Positions 62,217 through 64,000 of a stretch of DNA of 64,000 nt are shown piece by piece; the first letter of the stretch is position 1; every line of letters begins with the position of its first letter. Origin of the DNA: an uncultured cyanobacterium. GTDB lineage: Bacteria > Cyanobacteriota > Cyanobacteriia > PCC-9006 > JAAUQQ01. Location: NCBI GenBank assembly GCA_963718615.1, contig OY970368.1, positions 2,912,001 through 2,976,000 on the forward strand. Reading direction: 5' to 3'. A program made the translations under genes and the position numbers. The notes beneath the pieces are model-generated. The model was not told the DNA's origin and did no database searches. It saw only the letters and a program-made list of their open reading frames with translations.

Positions 62217-62295
62217 GGTGTTCCCTGTAGAGGCATTCTGTGGCCCTTGAATTCGTGTCAGAATGGAGGGGTAGGGCGCGCAAGGATAAACCCGC

Positions 62296-62856
62296 ATGAC
62301 CCCCCGTGCCGTTCAACAGCGATTGACGTTAGAGGAGTTTCTGACCCTGCCGGAGACGAAACCTGCTTCGGAGTTTGGCAAGGGTGAAATTTGGCAGAAA
62401 CCGATGCCTCAAGGAGAACATAGCTGTTTACAGGTTGAGTTGTGTAGAGTATTGAACCAAGTCGGCCAACCGGCTCAAATTGCCTATGCTTTTTCGGAGT
62501 TACGCTGCTCGTTTGGGGGGCGATCGCTCGTTCCGGATGTGTCGGTGTTTCGCTGGGATCGCATTCCTCGGACGGAGACGGGGCGAGTGGCGAATCGTTT
62601 TTTGAGTCATCCAGATTGGGCGATCGAAATTTTGTCACCGGGACAGCGGCAAACCAAAGTATTGGAAAATTTGCTCCATTGTTCGGAGCAGGGGACGGAG
62701 TTAGGTTGGTTGTTAGATGCGGAGGAGGAGATGATTTTGGTGGTGGATGAAGCTCAGCGGGTGCGAATTGTGCAGGGAGAGGCGAGGGTGCCGACCTTGC
62801 CAGAATTAGGGTTGAGTTTGACCGTAGCCGAGGTGTTTGGTTGGCTGATGTTGTAA
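62296..62856 (+). CDS. Uma2 family endonuclease
   Basis: LEEFL.LPETKPASE, QKPMP, ELRC, VPD, PDWAIEILSP. Confidence 0.92.
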   Translation: MTPRAVQQRLTLEEFLTLPETKPASEFGKGEIWQKPMPQGEHSCLQVELCRVLNQVGQPAQIAYAFSELRCSFGGRSLVPDVSVFRWDRIPRTETGRVANRFLSHPDWAIEILSPGQRQTKVLENLLHCSEQGTELGWLLDAEEEMILVVDEAQRVRIVQGEARVPTLPELGLSLTVAEVFGWLML

Positions 62857-62896
62857 TGCAACTCATCTGAAATCTGAATCCATTGAGGGTGCTCCC

Positions 62897-64000
62897 ATGA
62901 ATCGTCGTTTGCTTTTAATCAGTCTCTCCTGCTGTCTTGCGATCGTCTCTACCCTCCTCCAAAGCCCTTCGGCAATTTCCCAATCTACGAACCCCCAATC
63001 CACGAATCCCCAATCTGCCGAATCCCAAACTACGGCCCCCCAGCCCGACTACATCGCCACGGGAACCGGTGGAGCCGTCGCCAGCGAAGACCCCCTCGCC
63101 ACGCAGATTGGCCTAGAAGTCCTGCGCTCTGGCGGAAATGCTGTCGATGCTGCGATTGCAACTGCTGCTGCCTTGGGTGTTGTGACTCCCTTTTCTGGTG
63201 GCATTGGCGGTGGTGGGTTCATGGTCATCGCTCAATCGGACCACAAGACCCCGAACGGTCAAACAGTCATCACTCTCGACAGTCGCGAAACCGCCCCTGC
63301 TGCCACTACAACCGATCAATTCCGAGACCCTGATAGCCCGGCAGACCTACTGCCCTTCATGCCCAACCGCGTCAGCAGCGGGCTGTCCGTTGGCGTACCC
63401 GGCACTCCGTTGCATTGGCAAACTGCCCTGGAGCGCTATGGCACAAAGTCCTTGGCAGAAGTGCTGGAACCGGCGATCGCCCTCGCCCAAACCGGTTTTC
63501 CGGTAGACGCCACCTTCGCTGAACAAATTCGCAGCAACCAAACGCGGTTTGAAGCCTTTTCCAGTACGCGATCGCTCTACCTCCCCCAGGGCAAAGCCCC
63601 TGAACCGGGCAGTCGTTTTCGCAACCCTGACCTTGCCAAAACCTATCGTATCCTTGCAGAGCAGGGCATGAATGCCTTTTATCGGGGGGAGATCGGTGAG
63701 GCGATCGCCCAAACTGTCCAACAGCCGCCGATCATCGCGCAGCCCCCCTTCAAAGTTTGGCCCGGTCGGATGACTACAGCCGATCTCGATCGCTACGAAG
63801 TTCGCATCCGGCCTGCGGTTTCTAGCCGATACCGAGGCTATCAAATCTATGGCATGGGGTTGCCCAGCAGCGGTGGCATTACCGTGGCACAAACCCTAAA
63901 CCTGCTGGAGGGTTATAACCTCGGGAGAATGGATCGAGCTGAAGCGTTGCACTGGCTGATTGAAGCGGAAAGACTGGCCTTTGGCGATCGCAATGCTTAC
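62897..64000 (+). CDS. ggt: gamma-glutamyltransferase, runs off the window end (absent from the ORF track)
   Basis: Signal peptide, GAVAS..PLA..IG.EVL..GGNAVDAAIA, SGGIGGGGF, DSRETAP, SVGVPG, PSSGG. Confidence 0.93.
   Translation, partial: MNRRLLLISLSCCLAIVSTLLQSPSAISQSTNPQSTNPQSAESQTTAPQPDYIATGTGGAVASEDPLATQIGLEVLRSGGNAVDAAIATAAALGVVTPFSGGIGGGGFMVIAQSDHKTPNGQTVITLDSRETAPAATTTDQFRDPDSPADLLPFMPNRVSSGLSVGVPGTPLHWQTALERYGTKSLAEVLEPAIALAQTGFPVDATFAEQIRSNQTRFEAFSSTRSLYLPQGKAPEPGSRFRNPDLAKTYRILAEQGMNAFYRGEIGEAIAQTVQQPPIIAQPPFKVWPGRMTTADLDRYEVRIRPAVSSRYRGYQIYGMGLPSSGGITVAQTLNLLEGYNLGRMDRAEALHWLIEAERLAFGDRNAY

Overview
64 kb of a cyanobacterial chromosome (dense HIP1 GCGATCGC; psbK, psb34, chlB, acsF, ho2, hpsE). 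I found no rRNA, tRNA, CRISPR array or intact transposase. Most of the window is housekeeping: lipB, lrtA, larE, TPP riboswitch-SSS transporter-thiC, gpsA, cofH, a Ni/Co island, a low-oxygen tetrapyrrole cluster, mutL, dprA, gcvH and ggt. The most interesting part is 16.3-31.0 kb. A tightly packed operon encodes a HetZ-like sigma factor, a DUF1822 protein, a membrane CHAT(caspase-like)-CHASE2 receptor and a DUF928 protein. It sits next to an exported TPR-CHAT protease, an FHA/TpsA-like exoprotein and an RTX protein. The RTX gene and a divergent DUF4278 peptide gene share an identical bipartite promoter-like motif, ATCTGAATAA-N15-CGTAGGAG. I infer a receptor-caspase / anti-sigma / sigma cascade with its own regulon. 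The sigma gene is split by a +1 frameshift at a C5 tract (phase variation, pseudogenisation or assembly error). The window also shows pervasive unique-sequence 9-15 bp tandem micro-duplications, often spanning stop codons. All family assignments are by motif recognition; no searches were run.
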